Source of the DNA: Antedon mediterranea
Taxonomy: Eukaryota > Animalia > Echinodermata
Assembly: GCF_964355755.1 (NCBI RefSeq)
Contig: NC_092673.1
Coordinates: 21,077,648-21,141,647, forward strand
Direction of reading: 5' to 3'
Length of the DNA: 64,000 bases
Shown here: piece by piece, positions 1 to 14,100 of the stretch
Layout: the number at the start of each line of letters is the position of its first letter
Position numbering within the stretch: position 1 is the stretch's first letter
Made by a program: the position numbers and the translations under genes
The notes under the pieces: model-generated
Databases searched by the model: none
What the model was told of the DNA's origin: nothing
The model's input: the letters and a program-made list of their open reading frames with translations, nothing else

Positions 1-3000
1 ACCATCTAGTCTACCATCTAGCCATCCTAATAGTCTACCGAATAGTGCCCCAAACAGCCTCCCAGCTAGTCAGCCTAGCAGTTGTAACAGTAGCAGAAGT
101 TGCAGTCCTATTCTATGGAATGCTACACTGCTTGATCATGATTATTGTTTTTCACCTATAAAAACTAAAATGAATAATAATCTTTCACCTGTAAGTGGTA
201 ACAAAGAGAATGGTGATGTCCATGATATGCCATCTGTTGGTAAAAAAGATGAGATTAAAAAGGAACTTTACATGGGTAAATATAAGATTAAGAAAAGAAA
301 TCACCGTCACCGACATCATCACCACCACCACCACAACGAGAAATGTCGTCATAGTCACCAGAATGTGCCAGATGTTAGAATGATCTCGAACCCAAATTCA
401 CCAGCAACTGCAAATGTTCAACAGAAGCTAGATCAAATGTATCAGAAAGCCAGAGAAGAGTTTCAGAGGAAGTTTGGCAAGTTGGAAGTTCCATCAATCC
501 CAGAAAAGAAAACTCTAAAAATTCAAAGTTTAAATGAACTACCAACTTCTTTGCGAACAAGTAAAGATAGTGTTGAAAATGCTGTACCTAATGAAGATAA
601 TGTTAAAAAAGATGAACAAGAAGATTTAAACGTTGCTGATAGAAAGATGGAAATCGACCAGAATGATGCAAACAGAATCAATGCTCTTATTGATGAATTG
701 AAAAAGACAAGAAATATAGTACCATTAGATGCCCATCCAACAGAAGTAGACCTAATGAATGCAGCAAAAACCACAGAAACAGACTCTGAGACAAGTGATA
801 AAACGGATATGAAAGAGAACAATTTAATAAAACAAGAAACGGAGATTAATAATTTTACAGCGATAAAAGATGTAGATCATGTTCCAGAGACCAAAGTAAA
901 TGAAGAACTAGCTGAAACAAATGTTACCACCACTACTAATGATCAGGCACCCACAGAAACAAAGCAGTTTAAACAGTTATCTGAAGATGAAATACTGCCA
1001 AGCCCTGCACCAGAAACAGAGAGAACAAATGAACGCGCTCACATTCCACAGAGCAATCAAGCACAAACTAATATAACAGAAAGTGTAGCTGATTGTCAAA
1101 CCGAGAGTAAACCAGTAGAGATAATATTAAAAGTTGATACAATTGATATGGACTTTAGTGATACAGAAGCTGTTGCTGTATTCAAAGGGAATGAGTTTGA
1201 AATGGAAACTAGCGAATTCAGAAATGAGCAAAAACCGAATGAAATAAACAACCAATTAAACCTTGCAGTATGTGATGGAGAAAGTGGCGAGATTAGTAGT
1301 AGTGATGAAAATGATGGGCATAAAGACAAACAGAAAGTGAGGTCACATTCTCCATACAGAAGGTCACAAAGCCGATCCCAAAGTTTTACCAAGTGCAGAA
1401 GTCGTTCACGTTCATATGAAAGAAGCCGATCACAAAGAAGTAGAAGAAATCGTAGTCGCACGCATAGAAGCCGATCATTTCATAGTCGATCAAGAAATAG
1501 TAAGTCGTTGCAAGGCCGCATTAGTAGGAGTCGCTCAAGAAGTATTTCACGTAGTCATTCTCGTTCAAGTTCAACCAGGAGATTAGAAGGTCGCAGAAGT
1601 CGACTGCGATACAGACGTAGTTCACATTCTTCGTGCTCGGTATCATCTGGAGCCAGTTCACATTGTTCTCGGCGTAGAAGGTCAAGATCGTGTTCAACAT
1701 GTCCGTCAAGGTCATGCTCTCGTTCCAGATCCAGGTCATTTTCTCGATCTCACTCCCGTAAAAGAAGTTGGAGAAGTAGAAGTCGTTTAAGATCCCATTC
1801 AAGGTCACGGTCAAGAAGTTCACGCAGACATAGGTCATCAGAGAGAAGAAGGTAAAGAAATATCTATGTATTTAGAATTAAATGCTTGTTAACTGATAAC
1901 ACTAATAAAATAAAATAAGTGTATGTAAAACAAAGGTTCTACTGTATTTAGAATTAAATGCTTGGTAATTGATAACAACACACTGTGTGTTTCATATTCA
2001 AGTATTCTTTAAAGTGTTTTTTCATTTCCTTCCAAAGGCGGTATTTACGAGATCGTTCAGTGAGCCGGGAGCGAAGGCTTGAAAGACAAAAAAGACAAGA
2101 AAAAGAGTGGGTAAGTTAGAGATGAGATCCGCTCTGTGATATATGCAACATTGAAGTTTAATTGCATTCATACCAAATTCAAAATTTAAAAATGTCATTC
2201 TATGATAGTATTATAATGTATAAACTAATTCATTATAAATTTTGTTGTAGGAGGATCGTCGTGTGCTATATATTGGTAACATTAAAGAGGGAACAACAAA
2301 AAGTGAAATCAACAGTCGCTTTAGTAAATTTGGCAACATCACACGCATAACTCTGCATTTCAGAGACGAAGGGTAAGTAAATTTGTCATCTAGTAGTAAA
2401 GAAAGTTGACGCCTGGATTCCCTAAGGGTCAGGGCAGCCACTATATGGCGCTCTCTCATCTGCCCATGACACAGTGGCTGAATGTGAACTAGTAAACCGG
2501 GGTAACTTGTCTCGAAAGATGTACAAGGTTCTTTAAAGTGCACACAAGCAATGTGCACACTGGACCTTAATTGAGAAGACTTGTTCTACCACCAGAACCA
2601 TGGAGTGAGTGAGCCTCCAACCCTTGCCGATGTTATGGATGGATTATGGTTCTACTGTCTTACCTGCTCAGCCACTCACTCTAATAGAGCAGCTTTAAGT
2701 AATTAAAACATTAAGAAATAAAATTACTAAAATCAGTGTTTATTGTCATTTCAGTGACAATTATTGCTTTGTGACATTTGCCTACACGTGTGATGCGTAT
2801 GCAGCAGTTGAGTGTAAGTACCTTGCACTTGTTTTATGTGGCTGCATCTGGATTGAGACGCAAATGTCTATAAGTCCATTCAGACTTAGTTATTTACCTG
2901 GATATTGAAGTATTCATTCAACATTTATTTAGAAACAGTTCAAGAACTGTTTCAGGGATCGGTAAAAGAACTACCTATCCCCTAAACAAACACAAAAAAG

Positions 3001-4110
3001 CAACTGCATGACAAATCATTAGCTAATGGTATATCTATAAATTATAATCCTAAAAAAATTAATAAACTACGGCACATTATGATTGTATTTGGAAGTATAA
3101 GATTTTTAAACATGTTGTTTCTGTAGACATTATTCCATAACATAGGACCATATACTGAACAAAAAATCTTATTTTAGCCTTGTAAATCATACGCCCCAAA
3201 CTTAGCAATAATTGATACATGCAACTAACTTACTTGGGTAAAGAACCAAGCAAGTGTTAACATTTAATTTTCATCATTCATTAAAAACATTAACAATTAT
3301 TTTTTCAATTTACAGTTGGTAATGAGGACCCAACTTACCCGAAGTATGAAATCTGTTTCGGTGGTAGACGTAGTTTTTGTAGAACATCTTATGCAGACTT
3401 GGGTAAGTTATATATGGTGCAATATCACAAACCGCTTTTATTGACTTGGAGCGTGGGTGTGCTACGTCTAGAACAATTACAATGACTTGAGTCATTGTGG
3501 AAGTACCATACTGCTATGATTAATTTTAACACAATAAAAACAAAACTTGCTGTTAAAATTAAATCTCAACCATACAGTGACCGCATGAAATTTATGAAAC
3601 TGCCATCATTAGCATTTCTGCTTACAGATTTTTAGAATGATACAAAAGTATGATAATGTTATTCCGTGTGTCTTTTTTGAATTAGCACCATCCACTGTAA
3701 CTAGAGGCCACAATTTTAAAATTAAAAAAGTTCATTGTAAATTGAAACCCAGACAGAAATTCTTTTCAATATCTGCAATAAATAATTGGAATAGTTTGCC
3801 ATATCATATAGTAAATGCATCCTCAATCAATAATTTTAAAATGCATCTTGAAACACACTGGAAAACCCACAGCCTAAAGTTTGAGCCATATAACCAAGAT
3901 TCAAAGAAAGACTCACAAACCTTAACAGTCAAGGTATTATCAAGGTATTATAACATTTATTTCTCTATTTTAGATAACATGCATAAAGAAGAAGATGAGT
4001 TGAAATATGGTTATGATGGACAAGCTCCATCAAATATTAAAACCTCATCCGTCAAAGAAACAGACTTTGATTTGCTACTAAAACAGGCCTTGAAAAAAGT
4101 TAAAAGTTGA
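1..4110 (+). CDS. PPRC1: PGC-1 family transcriptional coactivator (PPRC1/PPARGC1-like), 5'-truncated spliced CDS: join(<2..1851,2038..2110,2251..2372,2755..2813,3316..3402,3974..4110)
   Basis: The frame is open from base 2. It carries LLDHDYC (HCF-binding DHDY motif, 134-145), a long RS domain, the RRM exons EDRRVLYIGNI...RFSKFGNI / DNYCFVTF, then FGGRRSFCRTSYADLD and the terminal DFDLLLKQA, all characteristic of the PGC-1 family. GT-AG boundaries are phase-consistent (2,0,2,1,1). Confidence 0.92.
2..1851 (+). CDS. PPRC1: PGC-1-like large exon (DHDY motif, poly-His, acidic region, RS domain); start lies upstream of the window
   Basis: ORF 170-1855 extends upstream without a stop; donor AG|gtaaag at 1851/1852. 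Confidence 0.9.
2038..2110 (+). CDS. PPRC1: PGC-1-like exon (RYLRDRSVSRERRLERQKRQEKEW)
   Basis: ttccttccaaag| acceptor and |gtaagt donor; phase-consistent. Confidence 0.85.
2251..2372 (+). CDS. PPRC1: PGC-1-like RRM exon 1
   Basis: EDRRVLYIGNIKEGTTKSEINSRFSKFGNITRITLHFRDEG; tgtag| and |gtaagt. Confidence 0.9.
2420..2682 (-). mobile_element. tRNA-derived SINE copy
   Basis: The minus-strand head has an A-box-like TGGCTGAGCAGG and a B-box-like GGTTGGAGGC; a homologous copy is at 62885-63130. Confidence 0.65.
2755..2813 (+). CDS. PPRC1: PGC-1-like RRM exon 2
   Basis: DNYCFVTFAYTCDAYAAVE (RNP1-like); tttcag| and |gtaagt. Confidence 0.9.
3316..3402 (+). CDS. PPRC1: PGC-1-like exon (FGNEDPTYPKYEICFGGRRSFCRTSYADL)
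   Basis: Matches the family FxGR..F....YADLD motif; tacag| and |gtaagt. Confidence 0.9.
3540..3950 (+). mobile_element. CR1/L2-type LINE 3' fragment
   Basis: Encodes TRGHNFKI...FFSISAINNWNSLP, typical of the RT ORF2 C-terminus, followed by a short repeated tail (caaggtatta)x2. Confidence 0.75.
3974..4110 (+). CDS. PPRC1: PGC-1-like terminal coding exon
   Basis: ttttag| acceptor; ...ETDFDLLLKQALKKVKS* resembles the conserved PGC-1 C-terminus. Confidence 0.88.
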
Positions 4111-6128
4111 CTGTAAAAAAAAGTGGTTACAGAATCGAATCTACTTAATTAATGAGCTTTTGTATATTTTTTTTAATGGTTTATGATTTCTTTACTAAAT
4201 AATTTTGATTAAAAAGTTTGATTTATTAAGGTGCGATTGTTTACGCAATATGGATAGCCACTGCCATTGCAATAATAATAGTTCATTCGTAAATAGTTCC
4301 TTCTTATGAACTCGTAAGAGTTCTATATCATTATATACCTTTTTCAAATAGTAACAAATTGTATCCAGTGTATAAAAGCCATTTTACACCGACGAGTGAT
4401 AAGTAACGGTAATACAAATGTATAATCTATGTTATTCCTATGACCATTTACACAAAATGCGGAGCGGATGAGCAGTTCCTCCTCAGTATAAATAGAGATT
4501 GTGGTTTTCCGCTTACCGTTACCGCTCGTCTGTGTAAATTGGCCTAAAGGGTCATTTTGTGGAAAATCCTTGGGAGATAATCTCGCCAGTTTCAAGATTT
4601 TCTGTTCAATTACTTGGGTATTTGACTGACTAATCATGGGACAAGTATCATTTTATAAATTATAATTTCTCAACGTTGAATGGTATGACAGCATGTAAAC
4701 AATCAGGATATATTATATTACAAATTGTTAAAAAGTTGTAACAACTTAATATGCAGTGTGAAAAGGATGTTGGTGAGCAAATACCTTTGGGCTGGCCAAA
4801 TATGTCTGGTTTTCTAGAAAGTCTGGTATTCGGAATGTGTTTTTAATGGTAAAAATGAATTTGGGACTGTTTGGACTTCAAGAAAAGTCTGGTATTTAGG
4901 GAGTTTCCGGTTTTTAGAGAGTCCGGTATTGCGAGAGGTGACTGTATATATCTCAAGCTTTACCAATTTCATATCAAGAAATGTTTCATTGACAGTTTTT
5001 TTGATGTAGTTTTTGTTTCTATAAGTGTTTCTAAAATTAGGAATTTAAACAGATATTATTTTTAATTACTTTAATAATCTAAAGAAGTTGCAGTAGTCAC
5101 CAATCACGTTATGTTTCCACTTATAACTTTACAGCCGAGAAACTGTTTAAAATATTCATGATTTCAGAAGTCATAATTTAAATCTAAAGTAAACTAAATT
5201 TAGTTTTAAAATTTAAAATAGTTTAATTAAAATGAAAAATACAGTAATAGATTTTGTTTTTAAAAGTCATAATTTAAATCTAAAGTAAACTCAGTTTAGT
5301 TATTGAATTTCTTTCCTTTCAAAAGAATTATAAGAAAATGTGATTTTATATGAAATGGAATATAGTACAACTCAGCATTAGGTATTAGAAAAAGTATTAC
5401 TAATAATAATTCTAAAAAGAGTTTATTTTTGGAATAATTGTTTTATTGAAAATATATTGTCCCCTTAACAAATTTTTGTTGAATATGCTTTTTTGACAAA
5501 ATATTTGATCAAGAGAATCATCATTTAACTGAAAAAAACTAATTTAAAGCAAAACATGCTATTTTTGGTTGTTTTTTTATGGAAGTAAATAACTTGATTA
5601 AAACTGCAAAATGACATCTTCAATGTCTGATTCAGCGTTTTCGTGTTTTACAGGCAAAACATCCAACTACTGTACGCACTTATAGAATGAATTCCTTAAT
5701 TTGATTAGTGTCAAGTGTATTAATAGTGTTGTTTATAATGATAGTAGAAATAAAATTGTGTTTTATGTTTATAAGTTTAAGCTCTTTGACAGCTACATTC
5801 CAAAACAAGAAATCAAGTGTTGCATCATTTTTATTCGTAGTACAGTAATTAAAAACTGAATCTACTAAACATATTTAGTTAGCCTCTTTTTGAAATTTAC
5901 TAGAATCTATAAGAATTTTTTTATTATTATAATGTTATATATATGATATTTTAATCGTGAAGCTAACTTTTAAAATAAAATTTCTGTACCAAGCAGCTTA
6001 TTTCTATATTTTCTAATTCAAGAGTATTTTTGTATTAATCTCCAAAGTCTTGTATTACTTCCGATAATTGTGGGAATTTCTTGATATTTTGAATGATATT
6101 TTTCTCCAGATTATCATGTATCCACAAT

Positions 6129-6680
6129 CACAGTGATAATGAAGAGGATGCGATTAAAATCAGCAAGAAGTTTGGCACTGTGTGCTACTATACCCATTTT
6201 GGATGTACTTGCGCACAGTGATAATGAATAGGATAAGATTATAATCAATGAAGTTTAGGACTGTGCGCTAATACCCATTTTGGATGTACTTGAGCACAGT
6301 GATAATGAATAGGATGCAATTAAAATCATCGAGAAGTTTAGCACTGTGTGCTACTATAACCATTTTGGATGTACTTGCGCACAGTGATAATGAATAGGAT
6401 AAGATTATAATCAATGAAGTTTAGGACTGTGCGCTAATACCCATTTTGGATGTACTTGAGCACAGTGATAATGAATAGGATGCAATTAAAATCATCGAGA
6501 AGTTTAGCACTGTGGTGCTACTATACCCATTTTGGATGTATTTGCGCACAGTGATAATGAATAGGATGCGATTTGATTAAAATAAGTGAGAAGTTGACCA
6601 CTGTGTGCTACTATATACATTTTGGTTGTGATAGTGATAATGAGGATACGATTAAAATCAACGAGAAGTTTAGCACTAAT
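6129..6680. repeat. Tandem repeat with alternating ~85/81-bp monomers (166-bp dimer)
   Basis: cacagtgataatgaa recurs at 6129, 6214, 6295, 6380, 6461 and 6547. Confidence 0.9.
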
Positions 6681-7059
6681 ACAAAGTATTTACAATACCA
6701 GTTTGAAAATTAATTAAAATTACAAACTTGCTTACTCATTTTCACTGTGCTTATATACTTAACTACGTACATTAAATGCATTGTAACAGTATGGTGTACA
6801 CTGATAGTTTCAGAAGTTATAAAGGCATAAATGGCGCTCCGTAGAAAAGTAGAGAACGCTCAAGTCGTCAGAATGACGCTCTGAATATACCTCGTTCATC
6901 TTTAGTGACGTCATATTCTAAGTAAGCTAGGGAGTCTTAAAATACAATTACGGTATTCATGAGACCCTGGTTTTAGGCAGCCAATCGGATAGATGAACAA
7001 ACTTAACGTTGACAAGGAAAAGCTTTTACTTGATGCAATAATAAATTACATTTAAAAAG

Positions 7060-7690
7060 CAATTTAGCACTGTGTTTTACTATAACCATTTTCATATATA
7101 CTGTAGTTAAACACAATAATAAACAATATGATATAATTATAAATTAAAAGCAATGACATTAACATACGGTAGCAATTTAGCACTGTGTTTTATTATAACC
7201 ATTTTGATTATTAAACACAATGATAAAGAATAGGATACATCAAAAATAATATGATTAATTAAAAACATTAGCACTGTGTTTTACTATAACAATTTTGGTA
7301 TATAAAATTACATTAACATAACAATTTAGCACTGTGTTACTATAACATTTTGTGTACAATAGTTAAACAAATTGATAAAGGACAGGATAAAATAAAATTA
7401 ATTAATTAATTAATTAAAATAATGACATTAACATCTATAGCAATTTAGCACTGGGTTTTACTATAACCAATTTGGTATACGGTAGTTAAACACAATGATA
7501 AAGAATAGGACAAATTAAAAATGACATTAACATAGAAATTTAGCATTGTGTTTTACTATAACCACTTTGGTATATAGTTAAACACAATGATAAAGAATAG
7601 GATAAATTAAAAATGACATTAACATAGCAATTTAGCACTATGGTTTACTATAATCCATTTTGGTATAAACACAATTATAAAGAATTCTAT
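7060..7690. repeat. Diverged ~80-bp tandem repeat related to 6129-6680; inverted copies at ~8030-8230
   Basis: Recurrent tttagcactgtgttttactataaccattttg core. Confidence 0.8.
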
Positions 7691-8279
7691 AAATTTATGT
7701 AAGGGCAAAGTTCGGTGAATCACACACACGTTAACCACTCATTACTTCTAGAATTTTTACTCGATGGTATATGAAGTTGGTTCATAAATTCTCAGTAAAA
7801 AATACTATTTTGATAGATTCAATATACGTTTATACAAACATATTGCTTGGCGATGAATGGAACATTCCAATCTTTTTTCAAGAGTTTAATTCCCTCATGT
7901 AGCTTGATAAATCAGTGCCAAACAAAAACCAATTAAATTTTCTTTTGCATTATGGATTTAGAAATCTATATATTGTTTCTTGATGCATTTTGATGTGGCT
8001 CATTCTAGGGATAGAGTAAGTCACATCCAAATGTGTTTAACTATAAACCAAATTGGTTATAGTAAAACACAATGATAAAGAATAAGATACATTTTATAAT
8101 AATGATTAATTTTACTTAGTTTAGTGTGTTGTAGGCCTACTATACGAGTTATCATATTATTTTTAATCCTATTCTTTATCATTGTGTTTAACTATTATAT
8201 CAAAATATTTATAGCAAAACACAGTGCTAATGTTATATTACATTAAATTCTATTCTTTAGTAGAAAATTAATTATGCAA

Positions 8280-8510
8280 CCCAACAACCAATCAAAAATG
8301 GTTTAATCAATTGAATCCATGGCTACAACCAATCAGAAACGTCATAATCGCAGTGTAACCCCTAGGCTCATAGAAATTATTGGATGAACATTTCTAACAT
8401 CCAATATGGTATGCTTTACATACCTGAAAAGAAAACGGTCGTAAAGCAGCGCAACAGTTTAACTTTTCACCTGTCGACTGTCGGGGAAATGTAATCAACG
8501 GTTTAGTGAG
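8280..8510 (+). promoter_or_regulatory. Putative RGS12 upstream promoter (clustered CCAAT boxes)
   Basis: aaccaatca at ~8286 and ~8327, attgg at ~8379, ccaat at 8401. Candidate non-coding exon donors follow (gtgagt ~8506, gtaagt ~9026) before the acceptor at 9201. Confidence 0.4.
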
Positions 8511-9202
8511 TATTAAGAATTCTCGGGATATTATTTATATGATAATTTCCTGTATTAGTTTCATCATTACTTGTGGAAAAGCGAGGGACTTTTATAAGAT
8601 TTAAATTCTATGTAGGCCTAGGCCTACGTAAACAAACGATAGCAAACTGCACCTGTGCTGAGGAGAGCGAGCATCGCAATCTTGTTACCTCTCTCTTCTT
8701 GGCTGTGGCCTTATTACGGAATTTGAACCTGATGAAATGTGAGACTTATTGACACGGAGATTTATGTTCTTATTCCTGTTCACCTTTACCTACCTCATTT
8801 TATGTGTTAGTTAGAAAAAGACGCCATTTTACTCTCAAAAGCGATGCAAAACAACATAAACTATTTATTTTAACAAACCAAATGATGTACAATTTTGACA
8901 ATTGATACGGTATAATTATTCGCACAGTGTTCTAATTTCTGAACTGAACAGGTGAAGAATTTGTAACCGTAGCCTACTGGATATAAAATGTACTATTCGA
9001 ACTTTTCGTGAAATTTAAAATTAATGTAAGTAAGTATACATTTTAATTTGATACAACATTTTTTTAATAATTTAAAAAGTAAAACGCAGCATATAAAACA
9101 ATGAGAAATAGATTTTGATGGTCAACTGTCTGCCACAAGTTTGCATCTTTCATCTTTGTTTTGTACAATATTTTAAAAAAAGTTTTTAATTATCATTGTA
9201 GA

Positions 9203-11146
9203 ATGAATTCAAGTCGAAAAAAGGGAAAAATTCCCTTGATGAAAAAAACTGTAGAGGTTGGTAGAGCACCAAATGGCTATGGATTTACAATAGCGGGTCA
9301 AGCTCCATGTGTTTTAAGTTGTATCTTAAGTGGCAGTCCATCTGAACAGGCTGACCTTAAGCCTGGTGACCGCATACTTGCCATAAATGGAAAGAATGTA
9401 TCGCGCATGAGCCATGAACAGGTTGTTAAACTTATTGGTAATGCTGTTGACGTGCTTCGACTAACTGTAGCTGAGCAGGAACCGTGCGAATCATCTGATG
9501 AGGAATTTAATACCAGACCGCCGAGATACTCAAATATCCGCCCCAAGAGTACGCCCCCTGGAAATAGGACAGATTCAGCAATAGACAGTTTTATGAGCAG
9601 TAATTACACTGAATATTATGGAGCGTCTACCCCATCCAATGTCATATCACCTGAAGAAGCCAGACTCGCCCCAGGTCATTTAAGTCCATTTAATAAATCT
9701 GGAAGAGCAGAGATACTTTTACGGAAATCTATACCACATCAGGATGCTCAAAATTTGAACGGGAAATCCTCAGGAAGGAATAACGTACCACCAAAGGTAC
9801 GTAGAGCAAGGAAGAATACAGAAAATAGAACACGAACAAACTCTCATGTTGAAAATAATGATAACGGTGAATCATACACTCCTTTGGCACAGAGATCTAG
9901 AACACCAGTCCAGTTATCCAATATTTTATATCCATCTTTACAGCCTCAGCAGACGCCAATGCACGGAGCCACCCCACCAACTGGACACGCATCTATGCGT
10001 GTAGTGGTTGGTTATCTAGGCTCTATTGACATTCCAGCATCTGCCAATCTTCCAACGGCTAGTTTACAGGCCATTCGTGGTTGTGTGCGGAGATTACGTG
10101 TTGAACAACGTATTCATTCTGCTGTGTTAATGGAAATTAGCGAAAGCGGTGTGCGGCTTGTCAATAAAGCGCGAAGGACTATGGTTGTTTATCCAGCCGA
10201 TTGTGTTGCGTTCAGTGGAGTTTGTCCGGATGATAAACGGTTCTTTGGTATAGTTACTGCTCAGACTGTTTATGATGCATTTGATGGTAACACTGATGAT
10301 GAAGACGATGAACCTGTTGGTAGCTCATGTCATGTGTTTGTTGCCAATCCTGAAATAAGTCCTCATACTGTACATGCTAAGCTTGCACTTGAATTTGGTA
10401 TAAATTGCACCCTCGACCCTCATTACAATGGATGTATAGAGTTCCCTCATTCTTCCAAGTCCATACTTAGGGCTATCACTATGCTGTATAGTGAACAAAA
10501 TAACACACTGTACCAATCAGCAAACTCACCATTCTATCGTGGACATCATAGCAACAGTAATAGTAGTACAAGTGATAGCGGCATTGGTTACACAAAGGAT
10601 TCAACAGATCAAAAAGCTAATAATAACTCTGTTCCAATTCTAGATGTCGCAAGTCACATACGAGCTAAACGTAATGCTGAAGTTAACGGTCAATCTAATG
10701 TACATTTAGTACGCGCTGAAATAAACTCTTCCTCAGATTTTCCTTACTCTGTGTCTTCCGCTTCCCCAGCTTCCGTTGAAACTTCACCACAAACTAATTT
10801 AACTGATAGACTAACTCCACGAGCCAGGCCCAATCCGGTTGGATTTAGAAATAACACAGGGGTACAAGGACAACAAAATGGAGTCGGTGGGAGACCTCTC
10901 AGTGCCGGAAGCGTTCAACAATTGCATCGGATTATTCAGCAGAGGAATCAACCTCATTTGGGTCAAGAGAATGAACATGAGGGTGATGTGGATGATGAGT
11001 CCGACGACGATGATGTCCATCCTGTCAACCGGCATCTTGAGGGACGGCCGCCTCTTCCTCATGGAAGAAACAGCATGTACTCAAAATTGGAAAATAATGG
11101 AACTAGAACTAGACGAGGAAGTGATGGATATCCTCTTAGTAGACAG
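9203..11146 (+). CDS. RGS12: RGS12 first coding exon: PDZ and PTB domains
   Basis: [17 protein letters not shown] (PDZ); VVGYLGSI...[12 protein letters not shown]...SCHVF...GCIEFP and [13 protein letters not shown] (RGS12 PTB region); acceptor tgtag| just before the ATG; donor CAG|gtaggc, phase 0. Confidence 0.95.
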
Positions 11147-14100
11147 GTAGGCTGATAATTTTCATTCTATCATTTTTGTTTTGTGTTTTTTGTTTGTTCT
11201 TATAATATAAAATAATAATAATAATAATAATAATAATAGTCTAAATAAAAGAACATTTTGCTTAAAATACTTTTAAACTGTAAAAGGTTCCTGTGAGAAT
11301 TGTCTTCTTTTATTTTGGTCACGTTTTTTCACTATCAAGTTGCAGATCCTGACAATAATTATGGGATCAAGTTTACTATTTACATTTTTAGAATTTTACA
11401 ATTCTAACTAAAAACTTGCAATCCTGAATCAAAATTTCAAGGCCATTTACGTGTGATTTAATTTATATTGATATGGCACATCGTGTCATGTTATCTTTGT
11501 TTGCTATTAATAATTAACAATTTACATTATTATAACTAATAATATTTTATAAATAAACATTTATATGGTGGTGAATCGCCATGGAAATGATTTCATTTTT
11601 ATTTCAACTTAAATTTCCAATCCTTGTGTAGTGTATTATTACACGGTATTTAAGTTTGATCGTAAACATGTTACAATTACCAGTTATGGTAGCAACAGCA
11701 ACAATGGGTGATCAGAGCATTTTCAACTATGCCTAATCTATAACGTCTTTCAGATTAAAATTCAACAAACAATAGAATTGTACAAACTGATCATTCTGTG
11801 TATTGTCCTCCCGTGTTCGTTCCCTCACCTGCGTTCCTTTCTACTTTAATCAACCGTAAACCATGTTTTTATTTGATAGCGCCGTATGGCCGTTTATAAA
11901 AACATCGATTTATGCACTTTGTTTTATGGCAATATGAATGGTTAAACAGAAACACTGTTTTACATTGTATAGTTTTGATCTTTGACTAATTGTATGAATT
12001 GTCACAGTGGTACTGGTAGTGGTACTGTAAATAAATTATTTTTGTTGTACAGTAATGTATTCAATACTTTACAGTAAGCAGCACTCAGATACACTTTGGT
12101 TGACTTTACTTTAATTAATAAGTACATACAGTACATTCAGCTTCTTTGTTTGTATTATTTATTCCATACAATATTACTTGTTTACCCAAATTCTAGTGAG
12201 TAAATAATTTCAATAAATAAATCAATTAATAATCAATTATACCCTGAGGAATATTGTTCTTCAATAAACTCAGTTCAGCAAACATTCAAAACAAACAAAC
12301 AAATTTATCTTCTTTTTGCTAACAAATGTGTTTGACATCTTAATAATTTATTTTTTTCTATTTGTACATGCTTATGTTTATGAATGTGTATGATGAATGT
12401 GTATGATGAATGGAAAGAAAGAAAGAAAGAGTAATAAAATAGCATGGAGGTATTAGCTCCATGGTATATGATATCATACATTGTCATAAATCTACCCAAA
12501 ACAATAATAAACCTTAACAAAAATTGAAAGTAGGGATATACTATACTGTAAATAACTTCATGAGAAAGAAATTTTAAATTTTGTACTGTTCTTTCATCAA
12601 ATTCTACAGTGACTACTGTCTACAGTTTAGCATTTTATGATGGGGGCATTACCCTACACACCTCATTGCACTACTTAAGCCACAATGAACTAAGCCTAGT
12701 AGTAACCTAAAACTATAATTATATTTAAATAACCCTTACATTTTAGTTATTATGTTTTCAAGGTTATAATTTATAAAGTTTCAAAACCTTTGCTGTCAAA
12801 AAGTTAAATATTCTGTGTTAAGATTTTTAAATCAAAACAGTGCCAATAAAATATCATTTGGATCTACCTATCTATAAATCTATTTTTAACTGTTATTAAG
12901 GATAGTTTTTTAGGTTATTTGTATGAGGCTGCGGTAGTTTGATTTTAATTCTTTACTTTTCCTATTTCCATATATATTTCTTTTATTTTTTTTCAAATAC
13001 ATATTTTTATTTTGTTATATATATTTATATTTTTTATTTTATTATTTTTTTTTATTTTTTCACTCCTTTTGTTTTATTTGTTCTCGTCTTTTTATATTTG
13101 TTATCGTTCCCGTTTCTTAAGTGTTGAGGGCCTCATGCATGTCAGCCCCGGCTGTTTTGAGTCAGCACCCTCATTAAACAAGGTTTAATAAAAAAAGAAA
13201 GAAAAAAGAAAATACTCATACCAGAGAGGTATATCTTCGGGGTCATTCCATGTCAAATCACCCAATGGGTTAAACCCTACTTTCTTCAAATTTGCTCAAA
13301 TTTGGTTTTTGGGTTATTTTTAGCTAAAAAACCTGAAATTTTTAATTTGAGCGCCATACGACCAACGGTTCGCGCGCTACGCGCCGTCGTTTCTTCGCGA
13401 TTTTGCGCAAAATCGACGCGGCAGGCTATACTTAAATGACCTTATCTCCGTAACGTGTGGACCGATTTTGTTGTGACGGGTATCTTTGGAAAGCTAATTG
13501 TTAAAGCTATCCAAATCTTCCATTTACTTTTGAGATAGAACTATTTAAAAGATGTATAACTTATTCTATTCCATTTGACCTAGGATTTGACCTTGTGGGA
13601 CAAATTTTTTTTAGATGAAATTTTGTGAAAATTATCTCCTACATGATATTTACATAATATAAAAAAATTGGAGATATATTATTTTTTGTTTGCTTTCTAG
13701 CTCATTTCAAAGTTGGCTTACTTCAACAATTCTGGTATTTTTATACAGTGTAGATGTATTGTCGACATTATATCACTACCAAATTTACCTCTTAATACTA
13801 TGGGTGTCACTGTCAGATTATTTAAGACTATAACAATGCTTTAATTATATTTTCATGCTCCATACAAAATAATTATTACTTAGGTAAACATCTGTACACC
13901 ATTTGACTACCCCATTTGGTTAGCCAAGGATGTACCATCAGTTTATGGCACTCTTTTCACACTTTCAAGCAAATTGAATCTTGAATTTTTTTTGTTTGAT
14001 GATATAAACTTTGAAAACATTGATTGTTCTTTGCTGTTCATCATTATTTTACATTTTTGTTCATTGTATTTTGTTCACTTATTTCTTCACTCATAATTAG

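Noticed and set aside
375-1838. Antisense ORFs over the PGC-1 exon (and similar ones over the RGS12 exons)
   Set aside because: They are shadow ORFs of the coding strand with no recognisable motifs.
3637-4110. 157-aa ORF as a standalone or LINE-PGC-1 fusion gene
   Set aside because: It is a chance in-frame read-through from a decayed LINE 3' end into the last PGC-1 exon, which has its own acceptor at 3973.
9161-9202. ORF-track N-terminal extension of RGS12
   Set aside because: It starts at a TTG in intronic sequence upstream of the tgtag acceptor; the real start is the ATG at 9203.
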